Assembly: GCA_005884925.1 (NCBI GenBank)
Contig: VAYU01000024.1
Coordinates: 41,120-105,119, forward strand
Reading direction: 5' to 3'
Length of the DNA: 64,000 nt
Source: Actinomycetota bacterium
Lineage (GTDB): Bacteria > Actinomycetota > UBA4738 > HRBIN12
Positions 18,836-28,608 of this stretch are shown here, one piece after another. Under the pieces are notes generated by a model that worked only from the letters and a program-made list of their open reading frames with translations, ran no database searches and was not told the origin of the DNA. The translations under genes and the position numbers were made by a program. The stretch's first letter is position 1. Every line of letters starts with the position of its first letter.

Positions 18836-19858
18836 TCAGTGGTACGAAGGCGAGCCACTCCCCTTGAAGACTCGGAACAACACGAACAAGGACGGAGCCA
18901 GGAGCAGGATGCCGACCGCGAATCCGACAGCGAGCGGCCGCAGCGCGTTCGCGGGGGCAGCCGCGTCCGCGACCGTCATGTCGGGGACGATGAGGTAAGG
19001 CCACTGCGCGACCCCCCATCCCGCGACCACGGATGCGACGGCGACCGCCGCGCCGACCCGCGCGGGCCGGTAATGGCGACGCGCGACCGACCACAAGGAC
19101 GCGATGCCACCCACGGCCGACACCACGGCGAACGGCCACGCTCGTGTGAGCATCCCGTGCCACAGCTGCGGTGACACGCTGCGTGTGACGACGAGTCCCA
19201 GCATGGCCACGACGCCCGACACGGCACCGGAAACGAGCGCCCGGCGGCGGAAGACCTCCTCCATCACGAGATCGTGTCGCTGCATCGCTTCGACCGTCAG
19301 GTAGCTCGCCGCGAGGAACGCACACGACGCGAGCGCCAAGAGCCCGGTCACGATCGACAGGGGGCCGGTCCATGAGCCCCACAGCGAAGCCACGACGGTC
19401 GATCCGGCGACGCGGATCCTGCCAGAGGCGACTGCTCCCGCGGCGGCGCCGAGCGCGAGTGGCGTCACGATCGACGCGACACCGAACACCCTCGTCCACG
19501 TCCGTTGCCACGCCGACCCACGATCGCCCCACGAACGGAACGCGAACGCAGCGCCGCGGAACACGATCCCGGCGATGGCGATCGAGAATGGCACGTAGAG
19601 CGCGAAGCCGAGCGACGCGAACGCCGAGGGGAAGGCCGCGAGCAAGCCGGTGATCACGAAGATCAGCCAGACGTGGTTCGCTTCCCAGACGGGTCCGATC
19701 GCTTCGGAGATGAGGGCCCGCTCACGCTCGCCGACCGATCCGATCGCCAAGAGATCCCACACGCCGCCGCCGAAGTCCGCTCCCCCGAGCAACCAGTAGA
19801 GGGTGAGGCCCCCCCCGATCGCGATCAGGATCACGACCTCGAGCTGGAACGTCGTCAT
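18836..19858 (-). CDS. cydB: Cytochrome bd ubiquinol oxidase subunit II
   Basis: 340 aa polytopic membrane protein. Its start overlaps the cydA stop (ATGA). The track ORF is a longer antisense-extended version. Confidence 0.85.
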   Translation of the reverse strand: MTTFQLEVVILIAIGGGLTLYWLLGGADFGGGVWDLLAIGSVGERERALISEAIGPVWEANHVWLIFVITGLLAAFPSAFASLGFALYVPFSIAIAGIVFRGAAFAFRSWGDRGSAWQRTWTRVFGVASIVTPLALGAAAGAVASGRIRVAGSTVVASLWGSWTGPLSIVTGLLALASCAFLAASYLTVEAMQRHDLVMEEVFRRRALVSGAVSGVVAMLGLVVTRSVSPQLWHGMLTRAWPFAVVSAVGGIASLWSVARRHYRPARVGAAVAVASVVAGWGVAQWPYLIVPDMTVADAAAPANALRPLAVGFAVGILLLAPSLFVLFRVFKGSGSPSYH

Positions 19859-21198
19859 CCCGCCGCCTCGAGCTCGACCGCCCCGCGTGGCGTCCGCGCG
19901 AGACGAAGGAGCAGCCACGCGCAGGCGGCGCCGAGTAGAGCGTAGATCGCCACGGTCGCCGCGAGCCAGAAGGCGATCCCCGGTCGCGATGTCACAGCAT
20001 CCGCGGTCCTTGTTTGCCCGTACACGATCCACGGTTGACGACCGAGCTCGGTCACCACCCAGCCCATCTCGAGGGCGACGAAGGTCGCCGGTCCAGCAAC
20101 GGCGGAGGCTCGGAGGAACCACTTCGTCTCGGGGAGGCGCCGGCGCCGGATCCACATGATCAAGGCCCACAGCCCGAGCGCGGCAAGCGCGAACCCGATC
20201 GCCACCATGATCTGGAAGGCGAGGTGCACGACGACGACGTTCGGGCGATCCGCCGGTGGCACCTCGTCGAGGCCGCGGACGACCGCCGCGGGATCGCCGT
20301 AGGCCAACCACGACAGTCCCCCGGGGATCCTGATCCCGAGGATGGTCCGTTCTTGCGACGGCAGCGGGATCCCGCCGATCGTGAGGGGCGCATGCGCCGT
20401 CGTCCGCCAGAGCCCTTCCATCGCGGCCAGCTTCACCTGCTGGCGATCCGCCACCAAGCGCGCCGCCGCGTCACCGACCACGATCTGGATCGGCGCGAGC
20501 GCGAGCCCGAGCACCAGTCCGACCGCGAGGCCGCGTCGGTGGTACGCGTCGCGACGCCCCTTGAGCATCCCGACCGAGTACACGGCCGCGACGGTGAACC
20601 CGGTCGCCATATAGGCAGCCACGATCATGTGGCTGGTCATCACCGGGGTCGATGGGTTCAACATCGCGGCGATCGGTTGCACATCGACGACCCGGCCGTT
20701 GCTCACCCTCGCGAACCCGGTCGGTGACTGCATCCACGCGTTCGCGGTCACGACGAACCAGGCGCTCGCCACCCCACCGATCGCCACGGGCCATCCCGCG
20801 GCCCAATGTGCCCACGGCGAGAGCCGATCCCAGCCGAACAGGTAGACCCCGAGGAAGATCGCCTCGATGAAGAACGCGAACGCCTCGAGGGCGAACGGGA
20901 GGCCGATCACGGCGCCCCATCTCCCCATCAGCCCGGGCCAGAAGAGCCCGAGCGCGAACGACAGCACCGTGCCGGAGACCGCCCCCACCGCTACGAGGAT
21001 CCCGAGCGCCCTCGCCCATCGCCGGCACAGCGCCATCCACACGGCGTCGCCCGTCCGGTTCGCCCGGTACTCCGCGAACAGGAGCAGCACCGGGAGGCCG
21101 ACCGCGAGCGCCGCGAAGACGATGTGGAACCCGAGCGATACGGCCATCTGTGCTCGGGCCGCCTGGAGCGACGTCAGCGCGACGATGATCAACATCAC
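19855..21198 (-). CDS. cydA: Cytochrome bd ubiquinol oxidase subunit I
   Basis: 447 aa with characteristic CydA helices and Q-loop region (GWVVTELGRQPWIVYG). Confidence 0.9.
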   Translation of the reverse strand: MMLIIVALTSLQAARAQMAVSLGFHIVFAALAVGLPVLLLFAEYRANRTGDAVWMALCRRWARALGILVAVGAVSGTVLSFALGLFWPGLMGRWGAVIGLPFALEAFAFFIEAIFLGVYLFGWDRLSPWAHWAAGWPVAIGGVASAWFVVTANAWMQSPTGFARVSNGRVVDVQPIAAMLNPSTPVMTSHMIVAAYMATGFTVAAVYSVGMLKGRRDAYHRRGLAVGLVLGLALAPIQIVVGDAAARLVADRQQVKLAAMEGLWRTTAHAPLTIGGIPLPSQERTILGIRIPGGLSWLAYGDPAAVVRGLDEVPPADRPNVVVVHLAFQIMVAIGFALAALGLWALIMWIRRRRLPETKWFLRASAVAGPATFVALEMGWVVTELGRQPWIVYGQTRTADAVTSRPGIAFWLAATVAIYALLGAACAWLLLRLARTPRGAVELEAAG

Positions 21199-21225
21199 GG
21201 GACGCCCTCAGGCTCTCATGTTGAG

Positions 21226-21298
21226 TGGAGACGAGCGGACTCGAACCGCCGACCCCCTGCTTGCAAAGCAGGTGCTCTACCAGCTGAGCTACGTCCCC
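21226..21298 (-). tRNA. tRNA-Ala (anticodon TGC)
   Basis: 73 nt cloverleaf with G3:U70 in the acceptor stem, anticodon loop CTTTGCAAG and T-loop GGTTCGAGTCC. CCA is not encoded. It sits 27 nt upstream of cydA on the same strand. Confidence 0.9.
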
Positions 21299-21397
21299 GA
21301 CGTCACCCTTGACCATACCGATTCGCCCGAACAGATGCCCCAACGTACGATGAGCGTTCCGGGCCGTTCCCACGGCCCACGAGCGAGGGAGAACGCG

Positions 21398-21712
21398 ATG
21401 ACGGATTACCTGCTCCTGTACAGCGGCGGCTCGATGCCCGAGACGGAGGAAGAGCAGAAGAACGTGATGGAGGCGTGGAACGTCTGGATGGGCAAGCTCG
21501 GCTCCTCCCTGAAGGACGGCGGCAACCCCTTCACACCGGCATCGAAGAGCATCTCGGCCGAGGGCTCCGTCAGCGATGGCGGCGGCAGCGCCAGCGGCTA
21601 CTCGATCGTCAGCGCGGACTCCCTGGACGCCGCGGTCGAGATGGCCAAGGGCTGTCCGGTGTTGCAGGGCGGCGCCCAGATCACGGTCTACGAGACCTTC
21701 GCGGTGATGTGA
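21398..21712 (+). CDS. YciI-like / DGPF-domain small protein
   Basis: 104 aa starting MTDYLLLYSGG. GAGGGAGAA RBS upstream. Family assignment is tentative. Confidence 0.55.
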   Translation: MTDYLLLYSGGSMPETEEEQKNVMEAWNVWMGKLGSSLKDGGNPFTPASKSISAEGSVSDGGGSASGYSIVSADSLDAAVEMAKGCPVLQGGAQITVYETFAVM

Positions 21713-21722
21713 GGACGCGTCG

Positions 21723-22874
21723 CTGAGCAGCCCGCGCGACCGATACGACCTCGGCGTCGTCGGGCTCGGCGCGTTCGGCTCGGCGGCCGCGTACTGGGGC
21801 GCGCGCCGGGGGGTCAAGGTGGTTGGGCTCGAACGGTACGAGCTCGGGCACGCACGAGGTGCCTCCGAGGACCATTCGCGGATCATCCGTCGCAGCTACT
21901 CGTCGGCCGACTACGTCCGGTTCACACGGCAGGCCTTCGAGGCCTGGGCAGAGGTGGCCGAGGAGTCGGGCGAGAAGCTCGTGACGATCACCGGCGGCCT
22001 CGACCTCTTCCCCCGCGACCCGATCGATGAACCTGAGGCCTTCCTCGCGGCGATGCGCGAGGAAGGCGTGCAGCATGAGCTCCTGGATGCTGCGGCGCTC
22101 GTCGCGCGCTGGCCCGCGTGGCACGTCTCCGACGAGGTCGTCGCGGTCTATCAGCACGATGCGGGGATCGTGGCGGCAAGCCGAGCGAACGCGGTGCATC
22201 GGCGCCTCGCGCGTGCGCGAGGCGCCGATCTCCTGCCCGAGACGCCGGTCGACCGGATCACCCCCGAGGGCGCTGGGTTCGCGCTGGAGACCGCGACCCG
22301 AACCTTCCGATGCGGGTCGCTCGTGATCGCGGCGGACTCCTGGATGAACGAGGTGCTGGCGCCGTTCGGTGTCCATCTCCCGCTGCGGATCCTCCAAGAG
22401 CAGGTCACGTACTTCGACGCCGCCGACCCTGCGTCGTTCGATCCCGCAACGTTCCCGGTCTGGATATGGCACAGCGACCCGCACATGTACGGACTGCCAT
22501 CGTTCGGCCAACCTGGGCCGAAGGTCGCGATCCACGGCGGCGGCCCGGAGGTGACCCCCGACACCAGGACGTTCCTACCCGACCCGGGCTACACCGCGAT
22601 CGTCGAACGGTTCATCCGGGAGCACCTCCCCGGTGCGGCCGGGCCGCCGATCGAGGTGCGCACGTGCCTCTACACGCTCACGCCCGACCAGGACTTCGTC
22701 CTGGACCTGGTGCCCGGAACCTCCAACGTCTCGTTCGGACTGGGCACGGCGCACGGGTTCAAGTTCGCAAGCGCGTTCGGGCGAACGCTGGTCGAACTGG
22801 CGCTGGATGGGACGTCCGAGTGGCGACTGCCCCGGTTCGCGGCGGATCGCCGGTCGCTCACCCAGCCGGCATGA
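21723..22874 (+). CDS. FAD-dependent sarcosine/N-methyltryptophan oxidase family protein (SolA-like); start uncertain
   Basis: MSOX-like throughout. The Rossmann motif DLGVVGLGAFGSAAAYWG is encoded at 21747..21800. That is upstream of the first canonical start, GTG at 21819, and the only in-frame start upstream is CTG at 21723. Confidence 0.7.
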   Translation: MSSPRDRYDLGVVGLGAFGSAAAYWGARRGVKVVGLERYELGHARGASEDHSRIIRRSYSSADYVRFTRQAFEAWAEVAEESGEKLVTITGGLDLFPRDPIDEPEAFLAAMREEGVQHELLDAAALVARWPAWHVSDEVVAVYQHDAGIVAASRANAVHRRLARARGADLLPETPVDRITPEGAGFALETATRTFRCGSLVIAADSWMNEVLAPFGVHLPLRILQEQVTYFDAADPASFDPATFPVWIWHSDPHMYGLPSFGQPGPKVAIHGGGPEVTPDTRTFLPDPGYTAIVERFIREHLPGAAGPPIEVRTCLYTLTPDQDFVLDLVPGTSNVSFGLGTAHGFKFASAFGRTLVELALDGTSEWRLPRFAADRRSLTQPA

Positions 22875-22877
22875 CGA

Positions 22878-23441
22878 TCAGCGTTGGGTCCACCCCGGGC
22901 GCGTGCCGTCGTCCTCGAGGAACTGTACGAACGGTGAATCGTCGTTCGCGAGACCGACGATCGCCCGCACCGTTCCGTCGGCATCAAGCAGCCTGAGCAC
23001 GGGGGCACCCCCCGCCGCCAGCCCGAGCCGGACGCGAACCTTCCCGCGCTGGTCGTACAGACCCATCGTCGGGGTTCCCTGCTCCGCGAGCTTGTGGCGA
23101 TGTTGCAGCTCGCCGTCTTCGACGTCGACGCCCATCGTGGGCGAGGCATCCGAACCCAGTCCGAACTTCGCGCGGATCCTGCCGTGTTTGTCGCCGAACG
23201 CCAGGGACGCCGACCCATCGGAAGAGAGCCCGAACGTCGCGCGGACCTTGCCGTTGTCGTCGGCGATCGCCAGACCCGCCGCTCCGTCCGACTGCACCCC
23301 GAACCGGGCTCGGACGCTCCCGTCGGCATCGAGCATCGAGAAGAACGGGTGTTCATCGCCGGACAGGCCGATCCGCATCCGGACGTGGCCGAGTTCGTCC
23401 ACGACTTCGAACTCCTCGGCTCGAACGACACGCTTCTTCAT
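22878..23441 (-). CDS. Hypothetical tandem-repeat protein (about 7 copies of a roughly 23 aa LxDxDGxVRAxFGLxSDGxxx unit)
   Basis: 187 aa, monocistronic and convergent with the SolA-like gene. The repeats are visible by eye. Confidence 0.55.
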   Translation of the reverse strand: MKKRVVRAEEFEVVDELGHVRMRIGLSGDEHPFFSMLDADGSVRARFGVQSDGAAGLAIADDNGKVRATFGLSSDGSASLAFGDKHGRIRAKFGLGSDASPTMGVDVEDGELQHRHKLAEQGTPTMGLYDQRGKVRVRLGLAAGGAPVLRLLDADGTVRAIVGLANDDSPFVQFLEDDGTRPGWTQR

Positions 23442-23651
23442 GGCTCGTGGCGCGGGGAAAGGCCCGCGGCCGTATCGTCGCGCACGCGCGAGCGCGGCTC
23501 AAGCGCTGAAGGAGCAGGAACGCAAAGTGAGAGGCCGCCGAAACCCGAAGGCTCCAACGACCTCTCGCGTGATTTGTACCCCGGGGAACCGCTCGGCGTC
23601 AAGTCGAGGACGGGATCTTTGTCACTTTCTTCGCGGCGCCTGTCCTCGGCC

Positions 23652-25480
23652 TCACGGGATCCGGACGAACAGCCGCGTCCGCTGGATATCAGGCTCGTTC
23701 TTGGTGCCGGCGACCACGGCCTCGATCGGGTTGAGGGACGGGCCGATCTCGTTGTTGAAGGACGCCGCCTCCGCCGGCGGCAACTGGCCACGGACCACGG
23801 CGACGATGGCCGGCACGTCGAGGTACAGGACGCCGTCATCCGTCGGAACGTTGGCCGTGGCCGACGTGAACCGGGGGTCGGCGGAGATCGCGCCTCCGCC
23901 CGCGTGGACGTCGATCACGTGCTCGACCTGGACCCGCGACGAGCCCACGATGGCGACGTCCCCCATCACCGCGTACGCGACCGGGAGGGTCGCGCCCGAC
24001 GACGCGAACGTGACCGTGATTCCGCCGTGGTCCTCCGTGGCCCATCGGACGGTCTCCTGCGCGACCCTGCATCCTCCGGTGGAAGAGCACGACCCTGACG
24101 TGCTGCCGAGGGGGAGCTTCTTGAGCGTGCCGTCTATCCACGCAGCCGTCGCAGCAGGGTCGTTCGTCCCGACCATCAGAACGCCCCCGACCGGGATCGT
24201 TCCTTGCTCCGGGCTCGCCTCGGCGGCGACGTCACCGGTGAGCTGGGACAGCAAGCCTCCGGCACCCGTGAGCTCCAGACGCTTGAGCTCTTCGTCCGCC
24301 TGTGGATCGCTCGCGGAGATGCGGCCGACCTGATCGGCGATCGCGGCATCGAGGTGCTCGACCGCATACATCCCGATCGCTTCGTCCGGGATGAGATCGA
24401 TCAGCTTGTTCGGATGGTCCGCCGCCGAAAGGGTCTGCCGCTGGACGTCGGAGAGCTTCGCGTCGTCGTACATCATCACCGTGTCGAGGGCCAGCCCGTC
24501 GGACTCCGCGGAGACGGACACCCCTACGCCGTCGAGCGCATCCAGGCTCGTGACGCCGGTCGTGAGTCCGGCCGCATCCAGGACGTCGCCGAAGGTGCCG
24601 AGGAGCTGCGCCGTGTCGACGAATGCGACGCCGAGGCGTGACTGCGGCAGCGCGCCGGTGACGCGTAGGAACGTCGCGTCGTCCGCGATGGCCGGTCCGC
24701 CGTGCGCGGTGTCGATGACGGCCGCGACCGCGCCCTCGTCGGATCCCAGCACGACCACGCCGTCGACGATGGCGAAGGACGGATGCTCGGTCGTCGCCGG
24801 CACCGTGATCTGCACGCCGTCGTGATCGGAGAGGTGGAAGGTCGCACCTTGGTTTTCCAGACCGGCGCGGAACTTCTGCAGTGATGCCGTCGCGGCGCCC
24901 TCGTCATCCGTCGCGATGAGGACCGCGTAGGACGTGTCCTGCGCGCTCTTCACGTCCACGTAGAGCCCGACCTCTGAGCCGACCCACTGCACGTCCTCGT
25001 GCGTCATCCCCACGTCCCGGAGCAGGCCGTCGAGGGTCTGGTTCAGTTGCTGGCGCAGCTGATCCTGGCCGCCGAGGGCGGGGAACCTGGATGCGATACG
25101 CAGGAGGTTCACCTTCTGGCTGGCGGCAGGATCGAGGTTGGCCGTCACGACGACGTCGGCGCTCGCGGGGACCTTGCCCAGGATCGCTTCACCGCTGCCG
25201 CGGAGCAGCATGAAAGCGGCCGCGCCGGCGGCGCCCGCCAGCACGAGCACCGCGGCGAGCGCGATGCCGGCGACCTTGAGCCCGCGGCGGGGCGCCGCCG
25301 GCGCGGCCCCGCCTCCCTCGGTCACCTCCGCCATGGTGATCGGCAGGGCGCCTTCCGGAGGAGCCGGGAAGGACGAGCCCGCGCCGGTTCGCGGCTGCGG
25401 ATCGAGGCTCCAGGTATCGCCCGGCATCGCATCCGCCGGTGGACCGGTCATGTCGTCGGTGGGTGGTTGGTCGCTCACGG
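23652..25480 (-). CDS. DUF3352-like membrane-anchored protein
   Basis: Start chosen as GTG at 25480 (GGAAGGA RBS 9 nt upstream); an alternative is ATG at 25451. TM helix KVAGIALAAVLVLAGAAGAAAF, then a large extracytoplasmic domain. The upstream Arg/Pro-rich part of the 776 aa track ORF is spurious. Confidence 0.6.
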
Positions 25481-25579
25481 TGCGGTGTCCTTCCGTTGGC
25501 GTTCGGTCGCGCCGAGGTATCGGCCGGGCGTGACCGCAAGCGTAGTGGCCATCGGTTCCCTCCGCGAGGAACCCTCGGG

Positions 25580-26689
25580 TTAGGCCTCGAGCACCTCGCG
25601 ACGGAGCGTGCATGCCTCCAGCCGGTCGGGCAGCGGCACCACGCCGATCCCCGGACCGTCGGGAACCCACATCGTGCCATCGCTCTCGAGCACGAACGGC
25701 TCGGTCAGATCCTCCGGGAAGTACCGGGCGGATGCACTCGTGTCGTTGGGCAGCGTGAAGCCCGGCATCGCCGCGAGGGCGAGATTGGTCGCTCGGCCGA
25801 TCCCGGTCTCGAGCATCCCGCCGCACCAGACCGGTACGCCGGCCCCGAGGCAGACGTCGTGGACCGCGCGCGCTTCGAGCACGCCGCCGACGCGGCCCTG
25901 CTTGATGTTGACGATCCGGCAGGCGCCGACCTCGAGGGCGGCGGCCGCATCGGCCGCCGACCGGATCGACTCGTCCAGGCACAGATCCGTCCGGATCTGT
26001 GCCTGGAGCTTCGCATGCTGGACCAGATCCTCGTGATGGAGCGGTTGTTCGATCATCAGCAGATCGAAGGCGTCGAGCGCGCGGAACACGTCCAGATCCT
26101 CGAGCGTGTACGCGGCGTTCGCGTCGACGGAGAGCAGGATGTCCGGATGGTGGGCCCGGATCGGAGCGACGCGGTCGAGGTCAAGGCCCGGCGCGATCTT
26201 GAGCTTGATCCGCCGGTAGCCCTCGGCGAGGTATCCGTCGACCTGTGCGCGCAACTCGTCGACGGTCTCGGTGATCCCGACCGACACGCCGCAGACGACC
26301 TCTTTCTTGTCCGCACCCAGGTACGATGCGAGCGACTCGTCACGCTCGCGCAGCTCGGCGTCGAGCAGGGCGTTCACGAGCGTCGCCTTCGCCATCGGGT
26401 TGCCCCGGACGGAACCGAACACGTCGGAGAGCGAACCCGCCGTCACGTCTTGTTCGTGGAGCAGGGCCGGGCCGAGGAACCCCTCGATCGCGCTCCACAC
26501 GCTCCCGTTCCATTCAGCGCTGAAGTCGGGCTCGACGTCGGCGACGCACTCACCCCAGCCTTCGGCGCCGTCGGTCTCCACCCGGATCACGACGCATTCC
26601 TTCCGTGTCGCGATGCCGAACGACGTTCGGAAGGGCCGGGCGAGGGGCAACCCCACCAGCAGGAGCTCGATGCGACCGACCCTGGTCAT
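25580..26689 (-). CDS. Enolase-superfamily o-succinylbenzoate synthase / N-acylamino-acid racemase family protein
   Basis: 369 aa. KLKIAPG, VDANAAYT and IEQPL metal-ligand motifs. Confidence 0.8.
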   Translation of the reverse strand: MTRVGRIELLLVGLPLARPFRTSFGIATRKECVVIRVETDGAEGWGECVADVEPDFSAEWNGSVWSAIEGFLGPALLHEQDVTAGSLSDVFGSVRGNPMAKATLVNALLDAELRERDESLASYLGADKKEVVCGVSVGITETVDELRAQVDGYLAEGYRRIKLKIAPGLDLDRVAPIRAHHPDILLSVDANAAYTLEDLDVFRALDAFDLLMIEQPLHHEDLVQHAKLQAQIRTDLCLDESIRSAADAAAALEVGACRIVNIKQGRVGGVLEARAVHDVCLGAGVPVWCGGMLETGIGRATNLALAAMPGFTLPNDTSASARYFPEDLTEPFVLESDGTMWVPDGPGIGVVPLPDRLEACTLRREVLEA

Positions 26690-27429
26690 CGCGCCGCCTC
26701 CTCCTTCGCGAAGAGGTAGCTCGAGCGTTCTCGGTCGAACGCGACGCCGATCTCACCCCTCGCCATCGCGTCTTCGACGGCGACCGCGACGTCCTCGCGC
26801 CACCGGCGGGCCTCGGCCGGATCGCGCGTTCGAAGCTCCTGATGATCGACGGGGATCGGGATCTCGGTGCGGGGCCCGGTCACCGATCGCGGGCCCGGTT
26901 CGCGGGTGAGGTCCCAGCGCACCATGAACCGATCGCTCCGCTCCCCGACGTTGAGGTCGTCGGTCATCGCGCCGTAGTAGTCGCGCATGAACGCGTCCAC
27001 GACGGCCCCGAGCTTGCCGAGGTTGAGCCACGCGTTCCGTGCGAGGAGCGGATCGAACGTCCACCGCGCCACCCGGATCTGCTGTCCGAGCGCCTGCGCG
27101 CGTTGCGCGAGCTTCAACGCGTAGCCGACCCCCCGGCGGCGGCGGTCGGGCAGCGCGGCGAGCATGTGCGAGTGGACGTGGAGTCCTCCCGCGTCCACCC
27201 CCGCCCAGCCCAGCACGAACCCGATCAGGTCGGAGCCGTGGAACGCGCCCCAGCACACGTTGCCGCTCGCCGCCAGGGCCCTGACCACCTCACGATCGAT
27301 CCGCTGGCCGCCCCAGGTGGCCTGGATCACCCCGTTGATCAGGTCGGCGTCCTCCACCCCCGGGAGCGGCCGGAGCTCGACGCCCGCACCGTGGGCCGCG
27401 GCGTGGGCGAGTTCCCAAGGATCGATCAT
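26686..27429 (-). CDS. GNAT family N-acetyltransferase
   Basis: 247 aa with an acetyl-CoA binding motif (RRRGVGYALKLAQ). ATGA overlap with the downstream gene. Confidence 0.7.
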   Translation of the reverse strand: MIDPWELAHAAAHGAGVELRPLPGVEDADLINGVIQATWGGQRIDREVVRALAASGNVCWGAFHGSDLIGFVLGWAGVDAGGLHVHSHMLAALPDRRRRGVGYALKLAQRAQALGQQIRVARWTFDPLLARNAWLNLGKLGAVVDAFMRDYYGAMTDDLNVGERSDRFMVRWDLTREPGPRSVTGPRTEIPIPVDHQELRTRDPAEARRWREDVAVAVEDAMARGEIGVAFDRERSSYLFAKEEAAR

Positions 27430-27507
27430 GTCGGCGAGCGTAACAACGCGGAAGACCCGCGCTCGAGGCGCGGGCCTCCAGGGGGAAGATGTGGGCCTCG
27501 GTGCCGG

Positions 27508-27684
27508 CTATCCGCCGGCGGGAGGGGGAAGCTCTTGCCACTCGACGTCGTCGAGATCGCTGCCTTGCTTCCGCTTCCAGAAGGTGACCACGGCTCCGAT
27601 CGTCGCGAGGATCGCCGTGAACTTGAGGAGCTTCCGGAAGAAGCCCTTCTTCTTCTTTCCCGTTCCTTCGCCGTCGTCGCCCAA
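27508..27684 (-). CDS. Hypothetical small membrane protein (58 aa), TTG start
   Basis: MGDDGEGTGKKKKGFFRKLLKF, then a TM helix, then an acidic tail. GAGGAGGG RBS 6 nt upstream of the TTG. Absent from the track because it is shorter than 60 aa. Confidence 0.4.
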   Translation of the reverse strand: MGDDGEGTGKKKKGFFRKLLKFTAILATIGAVVTFWKRKQGSDLDDVEWQELPPPAGG

Positions 27685-27896
27685 GGGAAACCCTCCTCAT
27701 CGTGGGCCTGGATTGGCTCGCACCACCGGCCTCTATGTCATCAAGGACATCCGAAGGGTAGCCGCTACCTACGGCATCCGGGAAGGGCCTGGTCAGGGGC
27801 CCGCCTAGGGGTTCAGGTTGCGTCCGTCAACGCGACGACGAGGACCGCCACCATGCGTCGTCTCGACAGCTTCATCCAACCGCTCTCGGTTCGATC

Positions 27897-27971
27897 GTGG
27901 GCCTGGATGGACTTGAACCATCGACCTCTTCCTTATCAGGGAAGCGCTCTAACCGAGCTGAGCTACAGGCC
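27897..27971 (-). tRNA. tRNA-Ile (anticodon GAT)
   Basis: 75 nt cloverleaf GGGCCTGTAGCTCAGCTCGGTTAGAGCGCTTCCCTGATAAGGAAG...GGTTCAAGTCCATCCAGGCCCA. Confidence 0.9.
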
Positions 27972-28049
27972 CGTGCGATCTGACATCCGATGATCCGAGG
28001 ACGTCAACGAGCGTAGCCAGGCTTCCGAAACGCGTCAATCGGAGCCCTG

Positions 28050-28547
28050 TCAGCCGCGGTGGCGCTCGGAGAGCGTGACCTCGACGCCGCCGACGATGTC
28101 GCTGATCAGGTTGTACAGCAGCGCGATGAAGACCGTCAGCGCCGTCCACACGAGCGCGAACGCGCAGCCGGCGAAGAAGAGCCAGGTGAAGATCCGCGTG
28201 CCGTCGATGATGGCCGGGGTGCATCGGTACGTGCCCTGGTCCGGTTTCACCAGGCAGCCGATCCACTGCGCCACGGTGTCGATGACGCCGGCCGCCTGGA
28301 GTACCAGGAAGATGATCAGGAGCGCGAGCCAGATCACGAGCATCATGCAGACCGAGAACAGCAGCGAGAACCTGAACACCGAGACGAGGCCGAAGCGCCG
28401 GATCGTGACCTTGGTGCGCCGTGGCTCGCCGAACCCATGCGAACGCTGCGCCCGGCCTGGCCGGACGGCGCCGCCCAACTCCACGTCGATGACGGGAGGA
28501 TCGGGGGTTGGCGTCTGGGTGAAGGGTTCTTCAGCCGTGGTGGTCAT
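28050..28547 (-). CDS. DUF3566 transmembrane protein (Rv0007-like)
   Basis: 165 aa with an N-terminal Pro/Thr-rich region and two TM helices. It sits between gyrA and tRNA-Ile as in mycobacteria. The track ORF is extended upstream artificially. Confidence 0.65.
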   Translation of the reverse strand: MTTTAEEPFTQTPTPDPPVIDVELGGAVRPGRAQRSHGFGEPRRTKVTIRRFGLVSVFRFSLLFSVCMMLVIWLALLIIFLVLQAAGVIDTVAQWIGCLVKPDQGTYRCTPAIIDGTRIFTWLFFAGCAFALVWTALTVFIALLYNLISDIVGGVEVTLSERHRG

Positions 28548-28608
28548 CCTCGTAGGGGAAGGTTGTAAGGGTACGCCGACCCGAGGGCAAGCACCCGGAA
28601 GCCTTGGA

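Noticed and set aside
21226-27971. Possible rRNA operon, since tRNA-Ile and tRNA-Ala classically sit in the 16S-23S spacer.
   Set aside because: There is no 16S or 23S-like sequence anywhere in the window. In Actinobacteria, ileT and alaT are standalone genes near gyrA.
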